A stretch of 20,000 nt of DNA, taken from sequence record SRR22947727_95. One strand, given 5' to 3'. Both the position numbers and the translations under genes were made by a program. The notes under the pieces are model-generated. The model made no database searches, was not told where the DNA came from, and worked only from the letters and a program-made list of their open reading frames with translations. Below are positions 1 through 8,093 of this stretch, piece by piece; position 1 is the stretch's first letter; each line of letters starts with the position of its first letter.

Positions 1-693
1 GACAGCGCACTTTCTGAATATGATATTGAACGCAAAATTGAGAGACTTTCTAATGAGCGCGAAAGAATGGGCGATGTAAATTTACGTGCTGATGAAGAAA
101 CTAATGAGCAAAAAGATAAGTTTGAAGAGCTAAACAAAGAGCGTTTGGACTTACAAGCCGCAATTAACAGGCTTAGGGATGGGATCAGTGAATTAAATGC
201 AGAAGGAAGACAACGCCTTCTTAAAGCATTTGATATCGTAAATGAACATTTTAGCAAACTATTTAAAACTCTTTTTGGTGGAGGTGAAGCCTCACTTGCT
301 CTAACAGAATCCGATGATCCTTTAGAGGCTGGTCTAGAGGTAATGGTTAGTCCGCCAGGAAAAAAACTAGGCTCTATGTCACTCATGTCAGGTGGAGAGC
401 AAGCCTTAACAGCCACTGCGCTAATATTTGCAGTATTTTTATCAAATCCTGCTCCGATTTGTGTATTAGATGAAGTTGATGCCCCCTTAGACGACACCAA
501 TGTAACAAGATATTGCAATCTCCTTGATGCAATGACAAAACAAACAAAAACCAAATTCATAGCCATAACACATAATGCAGTTACAATGAGTCGAATGGAT
601 AGACTTTTTGGCGTTACGATGGCAGAGCAAGGTGTATCGCAACTTCTATCAATGGAGCTTGGGGATGCTAAGAATTTAGTTGCGGATGAATAA
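1..693 (+). CDS. smc: Chromosome segregation protein SMC, C-terminal ATPase head (5'-partial)
   Basis: Frame is open from base 1 ([30 protein letters not shown]), so M at 67 is internal. Contains the ABC signature LMSGGEQ, Walker B/D-loop [11 protein letters not shown], the ITH motif and the SMC-typical GxVN motif. smc directly upstream of the F0 operon is common alphaproteobacterial synteny. Confidence 0.97.
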   Translation, partial: DSALSEYDIERKIERLSNERERMGDVNLRADEETNEQKDKFEELNKERLDLQAAINRLRDGISELNAEGRQRLLKAFDIVNEHFSKLFKTLFGGGEASLALTESDDPLEAGLEVMVSPPGKKLGSMSLMSGGEQALTATALIFAVFLSNPAPICVLDEVDAPLDDTNVTRYCNLLDAMTKQTKTKFIAITHNAVTMSRMDRLFGVTMAEQGVSQLLSMELGDAKNLVADE

Positions 694-786
694 CATTTTA
701 AAAAATGACTCTGCACAGATTGTCGCACTTAAAAATAATGTAATAATTTATAATAAAATCAGTTATTTAGTATATAAATGTCACTG

Positions 787-815
787 TTGACTTATACTTG
801 CCCAATAGGTAGGTT
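787..815 (+). promoter_or_regulatory. Putative sigma70 promoter of the atp F0 operon
   Basis: TTGACT (787-792), 17 nt spacer, TAGGTT (810-815), followed by a GC-rich CCGCCCGC; 55 nt upstream of the atpI start. Confidence 0.55.
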
Positions 816-870
816 CCGCCCGCTTTGGTAGAGTTTATTTTAGATTCTATTGAGGTTCGAGTAAGTAACC

Positions 871-1179
871 ATGACAAACAAAAACGGAATATCTCAAGAA
901 GCTCAAAAAGATCCACTTAAGGTTTTTGATAAAAAGTTAAAAGCTTTAAAAAGTGACAATAAAGGCCATGAGATTGAAAAAAGTAGTTCTGGAATGGCAA
1001 CAGGCTTGAAATATGCTAGCGAATTCTCAGCTGCTGTGCTAGTAGGTGCGTTTTTTGGATACTTGGCTGATAAATACATAGGTACTACACCTTGGGGTTT
1101 ATTAGTGGGTTTAATATTTGGGTTTGGCGCAGGCGTTATAAATGTTATACGTGCTGCAAAAGAAGGAATGAATGGTTAA
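871..1179 (+). CDS. atpI: AtpZ/AtpI family ATP synthase accessory protein
   Basis: 102 aa; charged N-terminus then two hydrophobic helices (SEFSAAVLVGAFFGYLADKYIGTTPWGLLVGLIFGFGAGVINVIR); first gene of the F0 operon. Confidence 0.9.
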   Translation: MTNKNGISQEAQKDPLKVFDKKLKALKSDNKGHEIEKSSSGMATGLKYASEFSAAVLVGAFFGYLADKYIGTTPWGLLVGLIFGFGAGVINVIRAAKEGMNG

Positions 1180-1216
1180 AACAGTTTTGTCTGTTAAAAC
1201 CTAAGAGGAAATATAG

Positions 1217-1981
1217 ATGATCGCAGCAGGTCTAGACCCTATTGCTCAGTTCGAAATCCATAAATTGGTAGAACTGAGTATTGGTAAGTACGATATAAGC
1301 TTTACAAACTCCTCTTTGATGATGGTTGTTGCAGTACTGTCGGTATCTATATGGCTTTTATTATCTAGTAAAAAATCACTAGTACCTGGAAGAGCCCAAT
1401 CAGTAGCAGAAATTTCCTATGAGTTTGTCGCAGATATGGTTAAATCAGCGGCAGGTAAGGAGGGTCTACGGTTTTTTCCCTTTGTTTTCACTTTATTTAT
1501 ATTCATACTATTTGCTAATCTTTTAGGAATGATCCCGTTTTTCTTTACAACCACAAGCCATATAATTGTGACTTTTACTTTGGCAATGATGGTAATGAGT
1601 CTAGTTATTGGATACGGAGTATTCAAAAATGGTTTTAAATTTTTAAAGTTATTTTGGCCTTCTGGAATTCCTATGGCAATATTGCCTTTTGTTTCAATTT
1701 TAGAGATTATATCATTTGTATCCAGACCAATAAGTCTTTCTGTTAGACTATGGGCAAACATGTTTGCAGGACATATCTTACTCAAACTTTTCGCTGGGTT
1801 TTCAATCATGATGATTACCGGGTTAGGTTTTTTCCCAGGAGCGATAGGTGCGTTAATTCCCTACGCGATGACCTTAGCTCTAACACCACTAGAATTCCTG
1901 GTTGCATTTGTGCAAGCATACGTTTTCGCCCTGCTTACATGCGTCTATTTATCTGATGCATTGCATCCAGGACATCATTAA
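1217..1981 (+). CDS. atpB: F0F1 ATP synthase subunit a
   Basis: DPIAQF, FTNSS, RPISLSVRLWANMFAGH (essential Arg) and EFLVAFVQAYVF motifs; GAGGA RBS upstream. Confidence 0.98.
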   Translation: MIAAGLDPIAQFEIHKLVELSIGKYDISFTNSSLMMVVAVLSVSIWLLLSSKKSLVPGRAQSVAEISYEFVADMVKSAAGKEGLRFFPFVFTLFIFILFANLLGMIPFFFTTTSHIIVTFTLAMMVMSLVIGYGVFKNGFKFLKLFWPSGIPMAILPFVSILEIISFVSRPISLSVRLWANMFAGHILLKLFAGFSIMMITGLGFFPGAIGALIPYAMTLALTPLEFLVAFVQAYVFALLTCVYLSDALHPGHH

Positions 1982-2014
1982 CTGCAATTTAACGCTTTTC
2001 TATAGGAGATTAAC

Positions 2015-2242
2015 ATGGAAGCAGAAGCAGCAAAATACATAGGCGCAGGCCTTGCATGTTTAGGTATGGCTGGTGCCGGTATCGGTGTCGGCAACCTATT
2101 TGGCCAGTACTTATCAGGCGCACTAAGAAATCCATCAGCTGCACCAGGTCAGTTCTCAAACCTCATCTTTGGTTTTGCCGTTACTGAGGCCTTGGGAATA
2201 TTTTCATTCGCAGTTGCGCTGATATTAATGTTCGTTCTTTAA
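2015..2242 (+). CDS. atpE: F0F1 ATP synthase subunit c
   Basis: 75 aa hairpin with a GxGxGxG motif, RNP loop and proton-binding Glu in AVTEALG; AGGAG RBS. Confidence 0.98.
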   Translation: MEAEAAKYIGAGLACLGMAGAGIGVGNLFGQYLSGALRNPSAAPGQFSNLIFGFAVTEALGIFSFAVALILMFVL

Positions 2243-2268
2243 TATAATAAACCAACAAAGGCGTCGCT

Positions 2269-2835
2269 ATGCTTAACGCGATAACATTGATTGGGTTAAA
2301 TCTAGCTCCTACCGGATCAAAAAATGTAAATGGTGGAGAGCTTATGGAGGAAGCACCGTTTCCTCCATTTGACCCTACTTATTTTCCTAGTCAAATATTT
2401 TGGCTTTTAGTAAGCTTTTTTGCATTGTATTTTTTGCTTTCAAAAATCTTCTTACCCAAAATATCTTGGGCAATAGATGAAAGGTCAGAAAAAATATCAG
2501 ATGACTTAGAGAACGCAGAGCGCATGCAAAAAGAAGCTCAGGAAGCAGAGATATCATACACAGAAAGTTTAGCGCTCGCCAGAGCTAAATCAAATAGCGT
2601 TGCTGAAACTACTCGCCAAGCAATTGAAGCTGAACTTAAACTTGAAATGGATGCCGAAAACAAAAAAGCAGATATTAAATCAAAAGCAGCAGAAGATCAT
2701 ATTAAATCAATTCGCGATAACGCTATGAAAAATTTAGAAATTGTATCATGTGAAGTTGCTCAAACTGCAATTGAATCACTTACAGGCAGCAAAATAAGCT
2801 TAAAAGTAATTAAGAAAGCACTTAAAGAAGGCTAA
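2269..2835 (+). CDS. atpG: F0F1 ATP synthase subunit b' (start may instead be ATG 2344)
   Basis: FPPFDPTYFPSQIFWL motif typical of alphaproteobacterial b', one TM helix, then a long charged coiled coil. The symbol refers to the b' subunit, not gamma. Confidence 0.92.
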   Translation: MLNAITLIGLNLAPTGSKNVNGGELMEEAPFPPFDPTYFPSQIFWLLVSFFALYFLLSKIFLPKISWAIDERSEKISDDLENAERMQKEAQEAEISYTESLALARAKSNSVAETTRQAIEAELKLEMDAENKKADIKSKAAEDHIKSIRDNAMKNLEIVSCEVAQTAIESLTGSKISLKVIKKALKEG

Positions 2836-2840
2836 GAGTT

Positions 2841-3341
2841 ATGCATTTTGATTTTGCTTTAAACAGTCCAACAATATGGGTTTTCTTGGCTGTTATAATT
2901 TTTATTTTACTACTTGGATACTTTGGTATTCACAAAAAAATTGCAACATCCCTAGATACTAGGTCTGAAAAAATAAGAAACGAGCTCAAGCAAGCAACGC
3001 TTTTACGCGAAGAAGCACAAGCGCTAGTTACATCTTATATTAACAAACAAAAAGAAGCTGAAAAACAAGCAAAAAATATAATCAAACAAGCTCAAAAAGA
3101 TGCTGAAAATATGGCAAAAATTGCTAGAGAGGAATTTGAGGTAAAACTCAAGCGTAGAGAAGAACAAGCAGAAGCAAAAATTAAAGCTGCAGAAGCACAG
3201 GCTATGCGTGATGTGAAATCAAAAGCTGCTAATACCGCAATCGCAGCAGTAGAAAAAATTCTACGGTCAGGTGGCATTGTTGACCATGACGAACTAATCA
3301 AAAATGGAATTTCTGAATTAGGAAAGCTTCAGAATAAGTAA
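2841..3341 (+). CDS. atpF: F0F1 ATP synthase subunit b
   Basis: N-terminal TM helix (WVFLAVIIFILLLGY), LDxR motif and Ala/Glu/Lys coiled coil; follows b'. Confidence 0.93.
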   Translation: MHFDFALNSPTIWVFLAVIIFILLLGYFGIHKKIATSLDTRSEKIRNELKQATLLREEAQALVTSYINKQKEAEKQAKNIIKQAQKDAENMAKIAREEFEVKLKRREEQAEAKIKAAEAQAMRDVKSKAANTAIAAVEKILRSGGIVDHDELIKNGISELGKLQNK

Positions 3342-3351
3342 ATAACAAAGC

Positions 3352-4899
3352 TCAAGCGTCATATCTTAAAATTGGCTTTCGTGCTGCTAGAGTTTCATCA
3401 AGCCTTTTGGTAGGGGCATATTGTGGAGCAGACTTAAAACTTTCTACATCCCCGTTTTTAGCTTTTTTAGCTAAGCCTCTCATTGTATGAATAAATCTAT
3501 CTAGCTCATATTTTGATTCACTTTCCGTAGGCTCTATCAACATTGCCCCATGAACGACCAAAGGAAAGTACATAGTCATTGGATGATAGCCTTCATCTAT
3601 CATGGCTTTTGCAAAATCAATTGTATCAATTCCAGTATTCTTTAAAAAAGTATCATTAAATAGTACTTCATGCATGCAATGACCAGAGTAGGCAGGTGAC
3701 ATTAAATCAGATAAAGATGCTAATATATAATTAGCATTCAGTACTGCATCTTCAGTGGCTTGTTTTAATCCATCTCTACCATGGCTCATTAAATATGACA
3801 GCGCTCTACTATACATACCCATTTGACCATGAAATGCACAAAGTCTTCCCATAGACATTTCATCAATTTCTTCAACTAGACTATAATAACCGAGCTTATC
3901 TTTAATAACATAAGGTACTGGCGCAAAGTCTTTGAGAGCTTCTGACAAAACAGTAGGTCCAGAACCGGGGCCTCCACCACCATGAGGAGTTGAAAATGTT
4001 TTATGAAGATTAATATGCATCGCATCCACCCCCAAATCTCCTGGTCTAACGCGTCCAACTAAAGCATTGAAATTAGCACCATCACAATAAAAGTATCCAC
4101 CTGCAGAATGAATAAGTTCAGAAATTTCAATTATTTCACTTTCAAATAAACCACATGTGTTGGGGTTAGTTAACATTATCCCAGCTATATCGTTATTTTC
4201 CCCTAATTCATTTACCTTGGAACGCAGTACTTTCATATCAATGCAACCTTTGTCATTAGCTGGGAGTTCATCCACAAAAAAACCACATTGCACTGCAGTT
4301 GCAGGGTTAGTCCCATGAGCGCTTTCTGGCACAAAAACTCTACGTTTATGACTGTTTCCATCTGCATCCAAACGAGCACGAATAGTCATCATTCCGCAAA
4401 GCTCACCATGCGCTCCAGCCTTAGGTGTGAGCGCAACTGCAGGCATATTGCATAATTTAGTTAGCCAATTGGATAACTCATACATGAGTTCTAGGGCACC
4501 TTGCACTGTTGATATTGGTTGCAATGGGTGAACATCAGCAAATCCGGGTAGTCTTGCAATTTTTTCATTTAACCTTGGATTGTGCTTCATAGTGCAAGAT
4601 CCAAGAGGATAGACTCCTAAATCAATAGCGTAATTTTTTTGAGATAAGCGTACATAATGCCTAAGTATTTCTGGCTCAGAAAGGCCCGGAAGCTCAATAT
4701 CTTTTTTTTGCTCTAGGCCGCCAAGCCGGTACTCCAAACCCTTAGCGGCTGGAAAATCAATACCTGTTTTATTGAAGTTTCCCGTTTCAAATATTAACTT
4801 CGTAGCTTGCTCTAATGCCTTATTACCGGAAAAACTTTTAGAGACATTATAGTTTATTTTAGTCGGTGCGGTAATCCTACCTTGGGTATTCATACTCAT
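3352..4899 (-). CDS. gcvPB: Glycine dehydrogenase (decarboxylating) subunit 2
   Basis: YPLGSCTMKHNP, SAHGTNPA and PLP-lysine motif HINLHKTFSTPHGGGGPG; ATGA overlap with the gcvPA stop. Confidence 0.97.
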   Translation of the reverse strand: MSMNTQGRITAPTKINYNVSKSFSGNKALEQATKLIFETGNFNKTGIDFPAAKGLEYRLGGLEQKKDIELPGLSEPEILRHYVRLSQKNYAIDLGVYPLGSCTMKHNPRLNEKIARLPGFADVHPLQPISTVQGALELMYELSNWLTKLCNMPAVALTPKAGAHGELCGMMTIRARLDADGNSHKRRVFVPESAHGTNPATAVQCGFFVDELPANDKGCIDMKVLRSKVNELGENNDIAGIMLTNPNTCGLFESEIIEISELIHSAGGYFYCDGANFNALVGRVRPGDLGVDAMHINLHKTFSTPHGGGGPGSGPTVLSEALKDFAPVPYVIKDKLGYYSLVEEIDEMSMGRLCAFHGQMGMYSRALSYLMSHGRDGLKQATEDAVLNANYILASLSDLMSPAYSGHCMHEVLFNDTFLKNTGIDTIDFAKAMIDEGYHPMTMYFPLVVHGAMLIEPTESESKYELDRFIHTMRGLAKKAKNGDVESFKSAPQYAPTKRLDETLAARKPILRYDA

Positions 4900-6236
4900 C
4901 GTAATTCTTCTTCTAATGCACTACAAAGTGTATCAATATCATGCTGATCAACAATTTCTGTTGCACATATTAGTAATATATCTTTTGCACCAGCTTTATT
5001 TAATCGAGAAAATGGTACTCCTCCAAGAATATTCTTGCTAGCTAGAGAATCCACAACATCTTCCGCACATTTATCAAGCTCTACTGCGAATTCATTAAAA
5101 AAAGAAGAATTCAATACTTTTGCACCATTTATTTTATCAATTCTGGCCGCTAATAAGTTTGCTTTCTCATGGTTCAAGATAGCAAGTTTACGTAATCCTT
5201 TACCTCCTAATAAACTCATATGAATTGAAAATGCCAAACAACATAAACCGCTATTAGTACATATATTTGAAGTTGCCTTATCTCTTCTAATATGTTGCTC
5301 ACGTGTTGACAAAGTTAGCACAAAGGCTCGATTACCATCTGCATCAATAGTTTCACCACAAATTCTTCCTGGCATTTGACGAACTAGCTTTTTATTGCAA
5401 GCGAATAAACCTACATGAGGTCCGCCAAAGTTAAGACCAACTCCTATTCCTTGACCCTCACCTACAACTATATCAGCTCCCTGCTCTCCTGGAGGTTTGA
5501 TAAGGCCTAAAGCTACTGGCTCAGTAAAAACAGCAATTAATAGAGCTTTATGTTGATGCGCTTTTTCAGCAATAGGAGTTAAGTCAACAATTTCTCCGAA
5601 TACATTTGGTGATTGCACAACAATACAGGCTGTTTCGTCATTAATTAAATCTATGACTTCATAATCAGAAGAAATTTCTGAGTCTAATACACATACATCA
5701 ATGTCAACAGAGGATGCAAGAGTTTTGGTCGCTAATGAATAATGTGGATGCAAACCAGGAGCAATAATAGCCTTATGTTTTTTTGTTACCCGTTTAGCCA
5801 TTACAACCGCTTCTGCGCAAGCGGTTGATCCATCATACATAGAAGCATTTGCAACTTCCATTCCGGTAAGAATTGCAACCTGCGATTGAAACTCAAATAA
5901 CACCTGAAGTGTACCTTGACTTATTTCAGGTTGATAAGGTGTATATGCTGTCAAAAACTCTGATCTTTGAATTAAATGGTCAACAGATGACGGCACATGG
6001 TGTTTATAAGCTCCCGCACCGCAAAAAAATGGAACTGAAGAAGCATTAATTGACTTATCGGATAATCTGATCATATATTTTTCAACTTCAGATTCGGGTT
6101 TATGGCATGGAAGGTCAAATAATTCTGATGAACGTGCCTGTTTTGGGATACATTCAAATAAGTCTTCTATATCTTTAACACCTATTGCCCCCAACATTTG
6201 AGATCGATCTTTATTGTCTAAAGGTAGATAACGCAT
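4896..6236 (-). CDS. gcvPA: Glycine dehydrogenase (decarboxylating) subunit 1
   Basis: MRYLP N-terminus (ATG 6236; ORF track start 6248), GAGAY, EFLTAYTPYQPEISQG, NASMYDG and TREQHIRRDKATSNICTN motifs. Confidence 0.97.
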   Translation of the reverse strand: MRYLPLDNKDRSQMLGAIGVKDIEDLFECIPKQARSSELFDLPCHKPESEVEKYMIRLSDKSINASSVPFFCGAGAYKHHVPSSVDHLIQRSEFLTAYTPYQPEISQGTLQVLFEFQSQVAILTGMEVANASMYDGSTACAEAVVMAKRVTKKHKAIIAPGLHPHYSLATKTLASSVDIDVCVLDSEISSDYEVIDLINDETACIVVQSPNVFGEIVDLTPIAEKAHQHKALLIAVFTEPVALGLIKPPGEQGADIVVGEGQGIGVGLNFGGPHVGLFACNKKLVRQMPGRICGETIDADGNRAFVLTLSTREQHIRRDKATSNICTNSGLCCLAFSIHMSLLGGKGLRKLAILNHEKANLLAARIDKINGAKVLNSSFFNEFAVELDKCAEDVVDSLASKNILGGVPFSRLNKAGAKDILLICATEIVDQHDIDTLCSALEEELR

Positions 6237-6289
6237 ATAATTTTCCATAGGTACATAATTTATTTCTCTTTTAAACGAATTTGTATGAA

Positions 6290-6661
6290 TTAACTCTCAT
6301 CACAATATACATTGTATTCATCTTGATTCATTAGACCCTTTAGTTCATTCAAATCAGATATAGATATTTTCACAAACCACCCATCTTCAAATGGAGACTC
6401 ATTCACAATTTGAGGATTTTCCTCTAGTTCCTTATTTACACTCAGTACTTTTCCAGAAACAGGACTATATACCTCTGAAGCCGCCTTGACAGACTCAACC
6501 ACAGCGAGCTCTTCACCACTTTCCAATGTTTTTCCAATCTCAGGAAGTTCTACAAAAACAACATCTCCAAGTTGAGAGGCAGCATGAGAAGAGATTCCTA
6601 CAACACCTTCTTTTTGGTTAATATTTATCCATTCATGGTCTTTAGTAAAATAAATTGACAT
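6290..6661 (-). CDS. gcvH: Glycine cleavage system H protein
   Basis: YFTKDHEW, LGDVVFVELP and lipoyl-lysine motif VESVKAASE. Confidence 0.98.
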   Translation of the reverse strand: MSIYFTKDHEWININQKEGVVGISSHAASQLGDVVFVELPEIGKTLESGEELAVVESVKAASEVYSPVSGKVLSVNKELEENPQIVNESPFEDGWFVKISISDLNELKGLMNQDEYNVYCDES

Positions 6662-6665
6662 TTTT

Positions 6666-7811
6666 TTATCCCCTATAATATTTAGTGCTCACAAATGGCA
6701 TTTTAACAACGCTAGCAGGCATAGTTTTGTTACGGATTATTAAATTTATGGGGGTTCCTATTTTTTTAAATTCACCAACCACATACCCCATTGCAATTGG
6801 AAAGCCTAAAGAAGGGCTATAACTACCACTCGTTACAACTCCAATTTTATTACCTTTAATATCTTGAATTTCAGCGCCTGCACGTGCAGGAATTCTGCCA
6901 TCAGGTTTTATACCAACTAATCTTTTAGTGTTAACACACTCAATATCAGAAATAACTCTCTCAGAACCCTTGAATTTTACATTAGGTAATCTTCTATTTT
7001 TTTGAATTGACCAAGTAAGTCCAGCCTCGACAGGCGAAACGCTTTCATCAATATCTTGACCGTAAAGGCAAAGTCCGGCTTCAAGCCTTAAACTGTCTCG
7101 CGCACCCAATCCTATCATTTCAACATCTTCGTTTTGTAAAAGCATGTCCACTAAAGTGCATACATCACTATTCTTCATTGAAATCTCAAATCCATCTTCA
7201 CCTGTATATCCAGAACGAGAAACATGACCCCATATATTTGGAGTCAATGGCACATAAATTGATGACATAAATGATAGATCCGCAATTGAAGAATTAAGCC
7301 GCGCGAGGACTTCGACTGATTTAGGTCCTTGAAGCGATATTAAAGACAAAGAGTTATCTTCAATATCAAGATTTATCCCTTCTGGTAAATTTTTTTTAAT
7401 GTATTCAAAATCTGAATGTTTCTTGTTGGCATTAACTACTAAATAAAGTTTATGACTCTGCCCCTCAACTCCAAGTCGACCAACAATTAAATCATCTATG
7501 ATACCGCCATCAGCATTCAATAGTTGTGAATATTTTTGTTTACCTGGTTCCAAACTAGAAATATCAGCTGGAACTAATGCTTCCAGAGCCTTTGCCACGT
7601 GTAAAAAATCAAGGTTATCTGAATATAAAAAACACTGCCCCATGTGCGAAACATCAAATAGTCCAGCTTTTGAACGTGTATGCAAATGTTCTTTAAGTAT
7701 ACCCAAGTTATAGTGAAGTGGCATACTATAACCTGCAAAGGAAACCATATTTGCGCCATAAGACAAATGATTGTCGTAAAGCTTAGTTTTCAATAAATTG
7801 ATTTCAGACAC
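6666..7811 (-). CDS. gcvT: Glycine cleavage system aminomethyltransferase T
   Basis: GLFDVSHMG, SRSGYTGEDGFEI and GLGARDSLRLEAGLCLYG motifs; GTG start at 7811. Confidence 0.97.
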   Translation of the reverse strand: MSEINLLKTKLYDNHLSYGANMVSFAGYSMPLHYNLGILKEHLHTRSKAGLFDVSHMGQCFLYSDNLDFLHVAKALEALVPADISSLEPGKQKYSQLLNADGGIIDDLIVGRLGVEGQSHKLYLVVNANKKHSDFEYIKKNLPEGINLDIEDNSLSLISLQGPKSVEVLARLNSSIADLSFMSSIYVPLTPNIWGHVSRSGYTGEDGFEISMKNSDVCTLVDMLLQNEDVEMIGLGARDSLRLEAGLCLYGQDIDESVSPVEAGLTWSIQKNRRLPNVKFKGSERVISDIECVNTKRLVGIKPDGRIPARAGAEIQDIKGNKIGVVTSGSYSPSLGFPIAMGYVVGEFKKIGTPINLIIRNKTMPASVVKMPFVSTKYYRG

Positions 7812-7838
7812 AATTACACTTCCGTGTTCTGTGCCACC

Positions 7839-8025
7839 CGCTGTCCTTGAAACCTGAGAGATTCACCTAAATACTAACACTAGCAATAGGCTTACTCCGT
7901 CGGTGGAAAATAATACTAAATTTCACTTTCCAGCGTTTTAAAAAATAAGCGGTCCATTTTACCTGAGAGTTTCCGGTGGCGGTTGCTCCTTCGGTGGCGG
8001 ATTAATTCGCACTCTCCCGCTTATT
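7839..8025 (-). promoter_or_regulatory. Tandem glycine riboswitch (two aptamers) in the gcvT leader
   Basis: Minus strand. Aptamer 1 (8025-7944): AATAAGCG-GGAGAG...CACCGAAGGAGCAA...AAACTCTCAGGT-AAAAT-GGAC-CGCTTATT, with an 8-bp P1. Aptamer 2 (7935-7839): CGCT-GGAAAG...CACCGACGGAGTAA...AATCTCTCAGGT-TTCAA-GGAC-AGCG. Both carry the glycine-aptamer core motifs and lie directly upstream of gcvT. Confidence 0.96.
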
Positions 8026-8037
8026 AATATTAAAATA

Positions 8038-8065
8038 AAATTAGACGTTAGAAATTACATGTCAA
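8038..8065 (-). promoter_or_regulatory. Putative sigma70 promoter of the riboswitch-gcv transcript
   Basis: Perfect TTGACA (8065-8060), 16 nt spacer, TAATTT (8043-8038); the predicted start lies just upstream of aptamer 1. Confidence 0.55.
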
Positions 8066-8093
8066 TAAGTAATTTTAAACATTAGACTACTTC

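Noticed and set aside
729..743. TTAA-N7-GTAA near-CtrA box upstream of atp
   Set aside because: Mismatched and uninformative in such AT-rich DNA.
1175..1200. GTTAAAAC direct repeat and weak AACAG/CTGTT hairpin between atpI and atpB
   Set aside because: Short and AT-rich with only a 5-bp stem. The TTAA spacing is 14 nt, not the 7 nt of a CtrA box.
1417..1809. 130-aa antisense ORF inside atpB, and the alternate-frame ORF 1750-1956
   Set aside because: Shadow ORFs of a conserved gene; no recognisable motifs.
2015..2242. Possible Na+-coupled ATP synthase
   Set aside because: The c subunit has TEA rather than the ES/ET motif and lacks the helix-1 Gln/Glu Na+ ligand; consistent with ordinary H+ coupling.
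3352..7811. Absence of the L protein (lpd) from the gcv operon
   Set aside because: Normal; dihydrolipoamide dehydrogenase is usually shared with the 2-oxoacid dehydrogenases and encoded elsewhere.
7839..8025. Repeated CTCTCAGG / CACCGA.GGAG motifs as a repeat array or novel ncRNA
   Set aside because: Fully explained by the two aptamers of a known tandem glycine riboswitch.
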